Of a stretch of 64,000 nt of DNA, positions 1-9,581 are shown one piece after another. Origin of the DNA: Scyliorhinus canicula (taxonomy: Eukaryota); assembly GCF_902713615.1 (NCBI RefSeq), contig NC_052149.1, forward strand, positions 125,553,256-125,617,255. Direction: 5' to 3'. The position numbers were made by a program, and so were the translations under genes. The notes under the pieces are model-generated. The model did no database searches. It worked only from the letters and a program-made list of their open reading frames with translations, and was not told where the DNA came from. Position 1 is the stretch's first letter; each line of letters opens with the position of its first letter.

Positions 1-367
1 CAGCCGGTTGGGAAACTCACATGGAAGCTGTGGACTCAGTCCACGGCCGCTGTGGTTGGGGGCAGGCCAATTGGAGGCCAGGAAATGTTAGCGTGGGCGG
101 CTGATCGGGGGGTTTCTTTTTTGGATCCAGCTCCGCGGTCCAAGTCCGCTATGGAGCATGGCGCGGCTGCTGGAGGCCGCCGACGTGCACATGTGTGGCC
201 TCGTGGGCCCGTACCTGCAGCAAAAGCTGTGAGATCTACACTGGGCACCTGCTCGCCCCCTGCAGGGCTAGGAATTCATGTCCTTTTCATGCCAATTTTT
301 CTGACGTGAAACTCCACCGTTTTGACGCCGGCTTGTGGACATAGTCCCAATAATGGAGAATCCAGCC
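1..367. mobile_element. End of a GC-rich non-autonomous DNA element (PIF/Harbinger-like MITE), cut by the window edge
   Basis: Ends in AATGGAGAATCCAGCC (352-367), identical to the terminus at 30992-31007 and similar to the TIRs of the 29068-29763 element. Confidence 0.45.
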
Positions 368-377
368 AAAGAGGTCT

Positions 378-487
378 CCATTTAAAGCGGAGATCAGGAG
401 GAATTTTGTTAGTTTTTGGAATTCTCTGTCCCAGAGAGCAGTGCAGTCTGGGACATTGAATATATTCAAGGCTGAATTAGACAGATC
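378..487 (+). mobile_element. CR1 LINE 3' fragment, continuing at about 6285-6355 on the other side of the L1 insertion
   Basis: Degenerate CR1 RT C-terminal sequence (...GGAATTCTCTGTCCCAGAGAGCAGTG...TTCAAGGCTGAATTAGACAG) similar to the 3' end of the 16565-19045 ORF; resumes with CAAGGAGGTCAAGAGTTATG...GGAAAGTGGAGTT. Confidence 0.6.
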
Positions 488-1412
488 TTTTTTTTAATAA
501 ACATTTTATGGAGGTATTTTTTGGTATTACAACAACACAATAAACAATGTACATGAAGCTATAAACATAGTGCAAAAGCCATCTCCCTCCCTTACAGGTC
601 CCACCTTTATTAACCCCCTATTCAAGGTAAACTACCCCTCCCCCCCTTTTTATTGACGATTAATTTTCCGCGAAGAAGTCAACGAATGGTTGCCACCTCA
701 GGGTGAACCCTAACAGTGACCCTCTCAAGGCGAACTTTCTCCAAACAGAGAAAGCTAGCCATGTCCAATAGCCAGGTCTCCGACTTCGGGGGCTTTGAGT
801 CCCTCCAAGCTAATAGTATCCGTCTCCGGACTATCAGGGAAGCAAAGGCCAGAACGTCTGCCTCTTTCTCATCCTGGATTCCCGGGTCTTCTGACACCCC
901 GAAAATCGCCACTTCTGCCCATCCCTCTATAAGCTCCCCTCGATAAACAATTCCCCCATCCTCTCGATCCCTGCTCTCCGCCATATTCGGAATCCCCCAT
1001 CCATATTCCCCAGGGGAAACCGGTGATTATTACAGATTGGGGACCAGACCGATGCTCCCACTGCTCCCACATGTCTCCTCCATTGCCCCCAGACTCTCAG
1101 GGCCGCCACCACCATTGCGGGGCTGGTGGAGTACTGTGCTGGCGGGAATGGCAGAGACGCAGTTACCAGCTCCCCCAAACTTGTGCCCTTGCATGAAGCC
1201 ACCTCCATACGTAGCCATGCCGACCCCTCCCCATCACCCACTTCCTGATCATGGGTATGTTAGCCGCCCAGTAATAGTTGCTAAAATTCGGCAGCGCCAG
1301 CCCGCTCTCTCCCTGACTCTGCTCAAGCATTACCTTCCTTCCAAGCATTACTCGCAGGGTCTTGCCCGCCCAGACGAAGCCTGTGATCACTCTGTTGACC
1401 CACTTAAAAAAG

Positions 1413-2632
1413 AAAGAGGGGAGCTTTCCGAGTATGAGGGCGTTGTAGGAAACGTTTGGGTTGGCGAGGGGAAACAAATTCAGGTACCTGCAGGTGCAGG
1501 ACTTCCTTCGTAAACTGGTGTCAACCTTCCCGCTCCTACTGCTAAGGGGGATTCAGGACAGGGTAGTTTCCAGAGGATGGGTAGCAGAGGGGAGCGTCTC
1601 TGACATTTACTTTTTTTAAATAAATTTAGAGTACCCAATTATTTTTTCCAATTAAGGGGCAATTTAACATGGCCAATCCACCTAACCTGCCAATCTTTTT
1701 GGGTTCTGGGGGTGAAACCCACGCAGACAGGGGGAGAATGTGCAAACTCCTCACAGACAGTGACCCAGGGCTGGGATTCAAACCCAAGTCCTCAGCGCCG
1801 TAGGCAGCAATGCTAACCACTGTGCCACCGTGCTGCCCGTCTCTGACATTTACAAGGAACTTATGGGATCAGAGGAGATGCAGACCGAGGAGCTGAAGCA
1901 AGTAGGAGGAGGAGCTGGGAGGAGAGAGAGAGGATGGTCTATGGGCGGACGCGTTGAGTCGAGTCAACACGACCGCAACATGTGCCAGGCTCAGCCTGAT
2001 ACAATTCAAGGTCGTTCATCAGGCTCACATCACAGTGGCCTGGATGAGTAGATTCTTTGGGGTGGAAGACAGGTGTGCGGGAGGACCAGCGAACCATGTC
2101 CACATGTTCTGGACATGTCCAAAGCTTAGAGGATTTTGGCGGGTTTGCAGATGTCATGTTCATGGTGTTACAAACAAGGGTGGCGCTGAGTCCAGAGGTG
2201 GCGATTTTTGGGATGTCGGAAGACTCGGGAATCCAGGATGAGAAAGAGGCAGACGTTCTGGCCTTTGCTTTCCTGGTAGCCCGGAGACGGTTACTATTAG
2301 CTTGGAGGGACTCAAAGCCCCCCAAAGTCAGAGATCTGGCTATCGGACATGACTAGCTTTCTCTGTTTGGAGAAAATCAAGTTCGCCCTGAGAGGGTCAC
2401 TGCTGGGGTTCGCCAGGAGGTGGCAACCGTTTGTCGACTTCTTCGCGGAAAATTAATCGTCAGCAGAGGAGGAGGGGGGGAGATTAACGTAGATTAGGGG
2501 GTTAATTAATGGTTGGACCTGTGAGGGAGGGAGGTAGTATTTGGACTATGTTTATAGTCTCATCTACATTGTTTATATTGCTGCTGTTACAATGCCAAAG
2601 AAAATACCTCAATAAAATGTTTATTAAAAAAA
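1413..2632 (+). mobile_element. 5'-truncated L1 of the same family inserted antisense into the host L1
   Basis: ORF2 C-terminus (ARLSLIQFKVVHQAH...NHVHMFWTCP), 3' UTR, AATAAA and A tail; host frame IPRSF/FKWVNRVITGFVW is split at a TTAAAAAAG-like site present on both sides. Confidence 0.85.
1611..1837 (-). mobile_element. tRNA-derived V-SINE (HE1-like), short A-tailed variant
   Basis: Head GGCAGCACGGTGGCACAGTGGTTAGC, B-box-like GGGTTTGAATCCC, V-domain-like core TTTGCACATTCTCCCC...GCGTGGGTTTC, A-rich tail; perfect 16-bp TSD CGTCTCTGACATTTAC (1595-1610, 1838-1853). Confidence 0.9.
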
Positions 2633-5293
2633 CAAAGGACCGCGGAATAAAGATGGGGAGACATTGAAACACAAACAGGAATCTCGGGAGGACCGTCATC
2701 TTCACCGTCTGGACCCTCCCAGCTAATGACAATGGGAGCACGTCCCATCTCCGAAAATCGTCCTTCATTTGGTCTACAAGTCGGGCCAGATTGAATTTAT
2801 GCAGCCAGTCCCATTCCCGCGCCACTTGACTGCCTAGGTACCTAAAGCTTCCTCCTACTAATCTAAACGACAGCTCTCCCAATCGCCTTTCCTGTCCCCT
2901 CGCCTGGACCCCAAACATCTCACTGTTCCCCATATTTAGCTTTTACCCCGAAAACCGGCCAAATTCCCCTAGAATCCTCATGATTCCTTCCATCCCCTCT
3001 ATTGGGTCCCATACATACAGAAGCAGGTCGTCTGCATAGAGCGAGACTCTGTGCTCCACCCCCAGCCCCCGCCCCGGACCAGCTCCTGGAGGACAACGTT
3101 TTGGCCAGCAGTTTGGCATCCACATTCAACAGGGATATAGGCCTGTAGGACCCACACAGCTCCGGGTTCTTGTCCCGCTACAGGATCAGCGAAATCGTCG
3201 GGGGAAGCACCTCTCTTTCCCTTGCTTCATTGAAGATCCTCATCAACACCAGCCCCAATAACCCAGAGAACTTTTTATAAAACTCCACTTGGTACACGTT
3301 CAGCCCAGGGCTTTACCCGCCTCATGGCCTTCAGACCCTCCACTATCTCTTCCAACCCGATGGGGGCCCCCAACCCTTCTACCAGCTCCCCGTCCACCTT
3401 TGGGAAATACAGCCCCTCCAAGAAGTGCCTCATCCCCTCCGGCCCCGTAGGGGGTACCGACCCATACAGCCTACTGTAGAAATCCCAAAACGCCTTATTC
3501 ATCCCTGCTGAATCTCCAACCAGGTTCCCATCTCCGTACTTTACTTTCCCTATATCCCTGGCTGCCTCACTCTTTCTAAGCTGCTGTGCCAGCATTCTGC
3601 TGGCCTTCGCTCCATACTCATAGATCGCCCCCCCCCTCGCCTTTCGCAGCTTCTCCACCACCCTCCCTGTGGTTAACAAGCCAAACTCCGCCTGTAGCCT
3701 CCACTGTTCCCTTAAAAGCCCTGCCTCTGGGGTCTCCGCATACTTCCAATCGATCTGTAGTATCTCCTTAACCAGTCGGTCTGTCTCTGCCCTGTCCACC
3801 TTCTCCCTATGGGCCCGTATCGAGATCAGCTCCCCTCTGACTACCGCCTTCAGCGCTTCCCAGACCATCGCTGCTGAAATTTCCCCCGTGTCGTTGACCT
3901 GCAGGTGGTTCTGAATACATTTCCTCAGCCGCTCACACACCCTTCGTCAGCTAAAATTCCCACATCTAACCTCCAGTGCGGGCACTGATTACTGTCTTTA
4001 CCAACCTGCTGGTCAACCCAGTGTAGAGCATGGTCTAAGATTGTGATCGCCAAGTACCCCGTGTCCACCACCCCTGCCAGTAAGGCCCTGCTCAAAATGA
4101 AGAAATCGATCCGGGAGTACATTTTATGCACATGTGGGTAGGAGAACTCCTTCACCCTCGGCTGCCCAAATCTCCATGGATCCACCCCCCCATCTGCTCC
4201 ATGAACCCTTTTAGTCCCTTTGCCATTGCTGGCACGCTGCCCATTTTTGAGCTTGACCGGTCCAAGCCAGGGTCAATAACTGTGTTGAAGTCCCCTCCCA
4301 TGACCAACCTGTCCAGCATCTTCCCCAGCATCCTCTTTATAAACTCCACATCATCCTAATTTGGCGCATACACATTTACTAATACCACCTGCACCCCCTC
4401 CAGTTTCCCACTGACCATAATGTACCGACCTCCCACATCCGAGACTATTCTACCCGCCTCAAACACCACCCGCTTATTGATCAGGATCACGACCCCTATA
4501 GTCTTTGAATCCAGTTCCGAGTGAAAGACCTGACTGACCCAGCGTTTCCTCAATCTAATCTGGTCAGCTACTCTAAGGTGCGTCTCCTGCAACATTACCA
4601 CGTCCGCCCTCAGTCCCTTCAGATGCGCGAACACACGTGCCCCCTTGACCAGCCCATTTAACCCTCGAACATTCCAGCTGATCAGCCTAGTTGGGGGCTC
4701 ATTGCCCCCCTCCCTTCGCCGATCAGCCATCTCCTTTTTTGGGCCCACCTCCAGCCCATGCTCCGCGCCTCCACCGGCCCGCCCCCAGGCAGCCTCTGCC
4801 CCCAACCTCCTCTCTGTCCCTTAGCCCAAGTCCCTCCCTCATCAGCAGAACATTTCCCCAACCCCCCCCCCCCGGTAACAACACTCTGTAACCCAACTCC
4901 TTTAATAAACCGAACATACGCACCCCCCCCCCCCACTGCGCTTCCGTGAGCTAGCCCACCCAACTAGCTTGGTGGCCCATCCCTGGCGCCGGATCGTCTC
5001 CCACCTATTGTTCCCTCCCCACCCTCCTCCCCCACTCATACAAACATACTCCAACATCAAACAATCCCCACACAATTGCCCGACAGAAAAACACCAAAAT
5101 CTAAACAAGCACACCTCCAGCCCCCAACAGTGCAAATGACAACCTTAACTCACTCAGCTCTGCCACTGATCCCAAATCAATACAGAAGGCATTACAAATA
5201 GCTTCCACAAAACGAAATACGAGAAACTTTCTTTTAAAGAACAGAGAAACAAAAAGGAAAAAAAATGAACGTTGCAGCAAAGTTCAAAAGTTC

Positions 5294-5994
5294 TCAGTCC
5301 ACCACCAGTCCTTTCCTTTTCACAAAGTCCAGCGCGTCCTCACGGGACTCAAAATAAAAGTGCTGTTCCTCGTACGTGACCCAGAGACGGGCCGGATACA
5401 ACAGTCCAAACTTCACCTTTTTCTGAAAAAGGATCGCTCTAATCTGGTTGAAGCCTGCTCTTCTCCTGGCCACCTCCACACTCAGGTCTTGGTAGACCCG
5501 CAGGATACTATTGTCCCACTTCCAGCTCTGTGTCTGCTTGGCCCACTGCAGAATGCGCTTATCCAAATACCTGTGGCATCTCACCACCATTGCCCTTGGG
5601 GGGTCTCCCATTCATGGCTTCCTCGCGAGTGCTCTGCGAGCCCTGTCCACCTCCAAGGGCTGGGTGAATCCCCCTCCCCCAGCAGCTTCTCAAACATATC
5701 TGCGATGTATGCCCCAGTTCCCTCCGGGAGCCCAACGATTCTCAAGTTCTACCGGCGGGACCTATTCTCTCGGTTCTCCACCTTCTCCAGGAGCTTCTTC
5801 TGCTGGTCCCTCAGCATCCCCACCGCCAACTCCACCGCAGTTTGATGTTCCTCCTGCTCAGCCAGCGCCTTCTCTACCTTCTGGATCGCCCGATCTTGGG
5901 TATCCAATCTAAGCTCCAGCCGCTCAATCAACCCTTTTATCGGGTCCAAGCAGTCCCGTTTCTGCTTAGCAAAACCTTCCTGAATAACCTGCAT
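5294..5994 (-). pseudogene. L1 ORF1 remnant (coiled coil plus RRM/CTD)
   Basis: ORFs 5749-5994 (heptad-rich ...LLEKVENRENRSRR) and 5294-5611 (PRAMVVR...RVYQDLS...FGLLYPARL). Confidence 0.8.
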
Positions 5995-6394
5995 CAGCTG
6001 CTCCGTTTACCGCTGGGTCAATAAACCAGAGGTCTGGTCTTCCGCCATGCTGTCTCCCGCTGCAGCTTCAGCCCAACCTTCTCTGTCTTTCTGTTTCTGC
6101 CTTTACGAGCACTTCTAATCCTTCTCTCCATGGACCAATGTGGGAATTCAGTACACAATTCCCTCTGTCTTCAGTTCTACAATTCAAGTCCGGTTGAAAA
6201 TCGGGCGAAAAGGTCCAAAAGTCCGACCCGAGCGGGGGCCACCAATTGTGCGACTTACTCCTTCATAGCCGCCACCGGAAGTTCCAGTTAAATGGATTTT
6301 CAATGGGCAAGGAGGTCAAGAGTTATGTGGACCGGCAGGAAAGTGGAGTTCAGGCCATTTTTTAAAGTTCATTTATGGGATGTGTGGGTCTGAA

Positions 6395-6575
6395 GTGGGA
6401 ACCTGCCATCCTGACCTTGTCCGGCCTACAAGTGACTCCAGATCCTCAGTAATGTGTTGATTCTGAAATGCCCTCTGGAATGGCCGAGCAAGACACTCAG
6501 TTCAAGGGCAATTAGGGATGGGCAATAAATGCTGGCCCAGCCAGAGATCACACATCACATCAAACAATAAAAATA
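6395..6575 (+). mobile_element. Deu-domain SINE (SacSINE1-like) 3' part
   Basis: CTGCCATCCTGACC...GTGACTCCAG...AATGTG..GA matches the Deu-like segment at about 50845-50935; tail GCAATTAGGGATGGGCAATAAATGCTGGCC matches the LINE tail at about 52518-52545. Confidence 0.7.
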
Positions 6576-7181
6576 TCTCCAGGGATTTTCAGGAATATTG
6601 GATGAGGAATAAATATCAGACTGAACTCGACCCAAAGAGAAAGTAACTGAGAGTCTCCCCAAAAGCCTGGAACACTGAAGCCACTGGATTGTGAGCCCTG
6701 CTGGACCTGTTTGTCATCAGAACTTTGCTAAGAGATAAGCAGGGAGTGGAGAGAGCAGAGTTAAAGCTGGGGGAAGTGGGACCTCGGTGTCTCACTGTGC
6801 TGCTGCTGCTGCTGTGATCAGTTATATCAGAGAGTGTGACAGGGAGCCAGAGCTCACATCAAACTCTGCCCGTGTCTGTCACACGCAGACTGACAGGAGT
6901 CTAGTGAGTGATTTCACTCCATGGTCCAGGAATGTGAACACAGTCTGCAAACGTCCAGATCTCCTCCACACGGTGGGTAAAAGCTGCTTACTTATATCTT
7001 GCTGCTTAAAGGGGGGAATGGAACTAAAGAAATACAGCTGGGCACCCTGTTCTACAGTGTTCTTCAATGAACCATTTCATTCGCTGCAGCTCCCCACTAA
7101 CACCTTCAACTATTCAGCATTTGTGTTTGAGAAAGTTTCAGTATTGAAAGGGTTAATAACGGAGGATTGGGGTTTACTTAC

Positions 7182-7216
7182 TCAGTCTGAGCTTGGTTCC
7201 TTTACCGAACGTAAGC
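7182..7216 (-). CDS. IGKJ: Immunoglobulin kappa J segment (LTFGKGTKLRL), unrearranged
   Basis: F-G-X-G motif, 35 bp, followed by splice donor GTAAGT (7181-7176) in phase 1 and preceded by a 23-RSS. Confidence 0.95.
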
Positions 7217-7255
7217 CACACTGACAGCTTCCAGTGCAGGGGCTGTACAAAAACC
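7217..7255 (-). other. 23-bp-spacer recombination signal of J
   Basis: Nonamer GGTTTTTGT (7255-7247), exactly 23-nt spacer, heptamer CAGTGTG (7223-7217). Confidence 0.95.
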
Positions 7256-7658
7256 TCTGCTCTCTGCTTCACTCACTCACTCTCACCCTCTCTCTGTCTC
7301 TCACTGTCTCTCACTCACTACTGTCTTTCTCTCTCTGTGTTTCTCTCAATGTCTCTGTGTTTGTTGGGAGAGTAGAGAATTCTAATTTTAGATGATAAAT
7401 CTTTCAGCTGCTCTTCATATGTGGACATGGAGAGTAAGATGGAAACTTGAGGCCTTCAGTGAGCTGTGGACACCACAGGGACTGGAGTGGGTAGTGGACG
7501 GTGAGAATCATTTGTTCAGTCTCCTTTCTTGTGTGTTTTCTATATTATCTAAAACTGTAGGATGTGTCAGTACAGGAGGTGAGTCAGTGTGTCCATTATT
7601 AAATATTATATAAAACTGTAGGATGTGTCAGTGCAGGAGGTGGGGCTGCGTGTATTGG

Positions 7659-7686
7659 GGTTTTTGTAAGGCCCTGTATCACTGTG
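7659..7686 (-). other. 12-bp-spacer recombination signal of V
   Basis: Consensus CACAGTG + ATACAGGGCCTT + ACAAAAACC directly after the V coding end. Confidence 0.97.
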
Positions 7687-7984
7687 TAGGGCCAGCTGCT
7701 ATGTTGCATACAGTAATAATCAGCGACATCCTCATTCTGCACATTGCTGATTGTCAGGGTGAATCGTGTTCCAGATTGACTGCCGGTGAATCGGTCGGAT
7801 ATTCCTGTGAATCGAGTTGCTGCAGCATAGATCAGCAGAGCCGGTTTCTGACCTTCTCGCCGTTGATACCAATTAACATAACTGCTAACAGATTGACTGG
7901 CCGTACAGGTGAGGGTCGCAGTCTGGCCCAGGCTCAATGACAACACCGAGGGAGACTGGGTCATGATGATGTCTCCACTGATAC
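7687..7984 (-). CDS. IGKV: Immunoglobulin kappa V exon (end of leader plus V domain), open frame
   Basis: Acceptor TTACCCCTCAG; [12 protein letters not shown]...TATLTC...NWYQ...[14 protein letters not shown]...[14 protein letters not shown]; both Cys and the Trp are conserved; no stops. Confidence 0.96.
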
Positions 7985-8170
7985 CTGAGGGGTAATAGAG
8001 AAACAGAGTGAAGTAAGAACTGTCACAGAAAGAGCCTGTACAATGAGATATTGTTGGAGACATTGACTGTTCCTCTGCTTTCAGCATTTTCCCTTCAATC
8101 ACAAGTCAGTAAAATTGGATTGAAATGGAGAGCAGGAAAATATTCAAGGTGGAAGGAGAGAGATTTGTAC

Positions 8171-8219
8171 CTGCGATGCAGAATGCCAGAGGCCAGATCA
8201 GCTGGATGGCTGAAATCAT
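8171..8219 (-). CDS. IGKV: Ig kappa leader exon (MISAIQLIWPLAFCIA)
   Basis: ATG at 8219, 49 nt, phase-1 donor GTACAA matching the V exon phase; hydrophobic signal peptide like shark type III light-chain leaders; 186-bp intron. Confidence 0.92.
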
Positions 8220-8279
8220 GGTGTCTGCTCCTGTCCCTGTGCCTGGTTACTGATAAACTCTCCCTTCACTGGGCTCTGC

Positions 8280-8376
8280 TTTATAAAGCTGCAGCCTGTG
8301 AGAGTCTGACTGCCCGTTCCTCAGTATGTAAATGGTATGAGGCAGAGACACCACGTCAGCACCTTCACTTCCTCTT
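8280..8376 (-). promoter_or_regulatory. V-kappa promoter
   Basis: On the coding strand: AAGAGGAAGTGAA PU.1 site (8376-8364), TGACGTGG CRE-like (8358-8351), octamer variant ATTTACAT (8333-8326), TTTATAAA TATA-like (8287-8280), about 60 bp before the ATG. Confidence 0.75.
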
Positions 8377-8660
8377 CTCTCTCACTCACTCCCTCAGTAT
8401 CAGTCTCTCACTCCCTTCCTCAGTATCTGTCACTCAGTCTCGGCTCTCTCTCACGCTCTCACTCTATTTTTCCCTCTCTGTGTCAGTTTCCCAGTTTCTG
8501 TCCCTCCCTCTCCCTCCCTCTGTCTTCTCTGTTCTCTGTATATTCTCTTTCCTGTCTCTCTCTCTTTGTCTCTCTCGCTCTTTCTCTCTCTAACTCTCTC
8601 GATATCCCTCTCTTTCTCTCTCTTTCTGTCACTCTCTCTCTCTCTCCCATTCTACATTGG
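8377..8660. repeat. (CT)n-rich polypyrimidine low-complexity tract
   Basis: Direct inspection. Confidence 0.85.
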
Positions 8661-8729
8661 TCTGTAATTCTCTAACTGATCTCCATAACAGGCGTTATTA
8701 CTGGAGATAGGAACACTTTGAGTGCTGGT

Positions 8730-9250
8730 GCAACAGTTAAATGCTTCCCTCTCTCTCTCTGTCACAGTCTCTCCCTCACTCTCTCTTTCCCACACTCTCC
8801 CAGGTGGATCACAGTTAAATGCTTCCCTCTCTCTCTCTCTCTATCACAGTCTGCACCTCGCTCTCTCTTTCCCACACTCTCCCAGGTGGATCACAGTTAA
8901 ATGCTTCCCTCTCTCTCTCTCTCTCTGTCAGTCTGTCCCTCGCTCTCTCTTTCCCACACTCTCCCAGGTGGATCACGGTTAAATGCTTCCCTCTCTCTCT
9001 CTCTCTCTCTGTCACAGTCTGCTCCTCGCTCTCTCTTTCCCACACTCTCCCAGGTGGATCACAGTTAAATGCTTCCCTCTCTCTCTCTGTCAGTCTGCTC
9101 CTCGCTCTCTCTATCCCACACTCTCCCTGGTGGATCACAGTTAAATGCTTCCCTCTCTCTCTCTCTCTCTCTGTCACAGTCTGTTCCTCACTCTCTCTTT
9201 CCCACACTCTCCCAGGTGGATCACAGTTAAATGCTTCCCTCTCTCTCTCT
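8730..9250. repeat. Minisatellite of about 60 bp with variable (CT)n, left part
   Basis: Unit TTCCCACACTCTCCCAGGTGGATCACAGTTAAATGCTTCC(CT)n-GTCACAGTCTG, about 8 copies; resumes after the LTR element. Confidence 0.9.
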
Positions 9251-9514
9251 TGTGGTGATCACAAGTTAACTAGATGCAATACAACTGAGCAAACACTAGA
9301 GGGGGCACGGGAGAGCCATATAAATAGACGGGGACAGGAAGTGAGGACACTTCACAGAGGGCAGAACTTGGAGCAGGACAGACACCCACACATACCAGCT
9401 AGGAGCACTGAAGGTAGCCTTAGGTAACAGCTCTGAAGAGAGAACAAACTCACAATAAAGCATCTTCTCCACATTTGAGACTACGAGCTTTATTAAGACA
9501 CGAGTAACAACACA
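9251..9514 (+). repeat. 5' LTR
   Basis: TATAAATA near 9319, AATAAA near 9454; matches 13323-13586. Confidence 0.92.
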
Positions 9515-9530
9515 TGGTACCCAGGAGTGG
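9515..9530 (+). other. Primer-binding site, tRNA-Leu(UAA)-like
   Basis: TGGTACCCAGGAGTGG versus TGGTACCAGGAGTGG expected from the vertebrate tRNA-Leu(UAA) 3' end as recalled (one extra C). Confidence 0.7.
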
Positions 9531-9581
9531 CTTCAGACGCTTACTACAGGACAACTCAGTGGCAGACACAGAAAGAACAAA

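Larger units (their letters stand above)
660..4705 (-). pseudogene. L1 ORF2 remnant (endonuclease plus RT), frameshifted and interrupted by the 1413-2632 insertion
   Basis: ORF pieces 4356-4805, 4152-4349, 3925-4185, 3275-3940, 2943-3125, 2502-2933, 1163-1477, 927-1241, 679-984 are collinear with the ORF2 at 55219-58982. Confidence 0.85.
488..6283 (-). mobile_element. Near-full-length degenerate L1-clade LINE in the J-C intron, same orientation as the Ig gene
   Basis: 5' end GGAACTTCCGGTGGCGGCTATG (near 6283), ORF1 remnants, APE endonuclease (RLISWNVRGLNG...MLQETHL), RT pieces, 3' UTR and A-rich tail at 488-500; many frameshifts and internal deletions. Confidence 0.9.

Noticed and set aside
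505-510. L1 poly(A) signal mutated to CATAAA as an adaptation protecting the Ig transcript
   Set aside because: Other AATAAA/ATTAAA hexamers remain in the same 3' UTR, so a single substitution is uninformative.
1-7180. Ig kappa constant exon
   Set aside because: No C1-set motifs in any frame; the interval is explained by LINE/SINE sequence and intron.
7599-8102. 167-aa single-exon ORF as the Ig gene model
   Set aside because: It starts in the leader intron and reads through the RSS; the real structure is leader 8219-8171 spliced to 7984.
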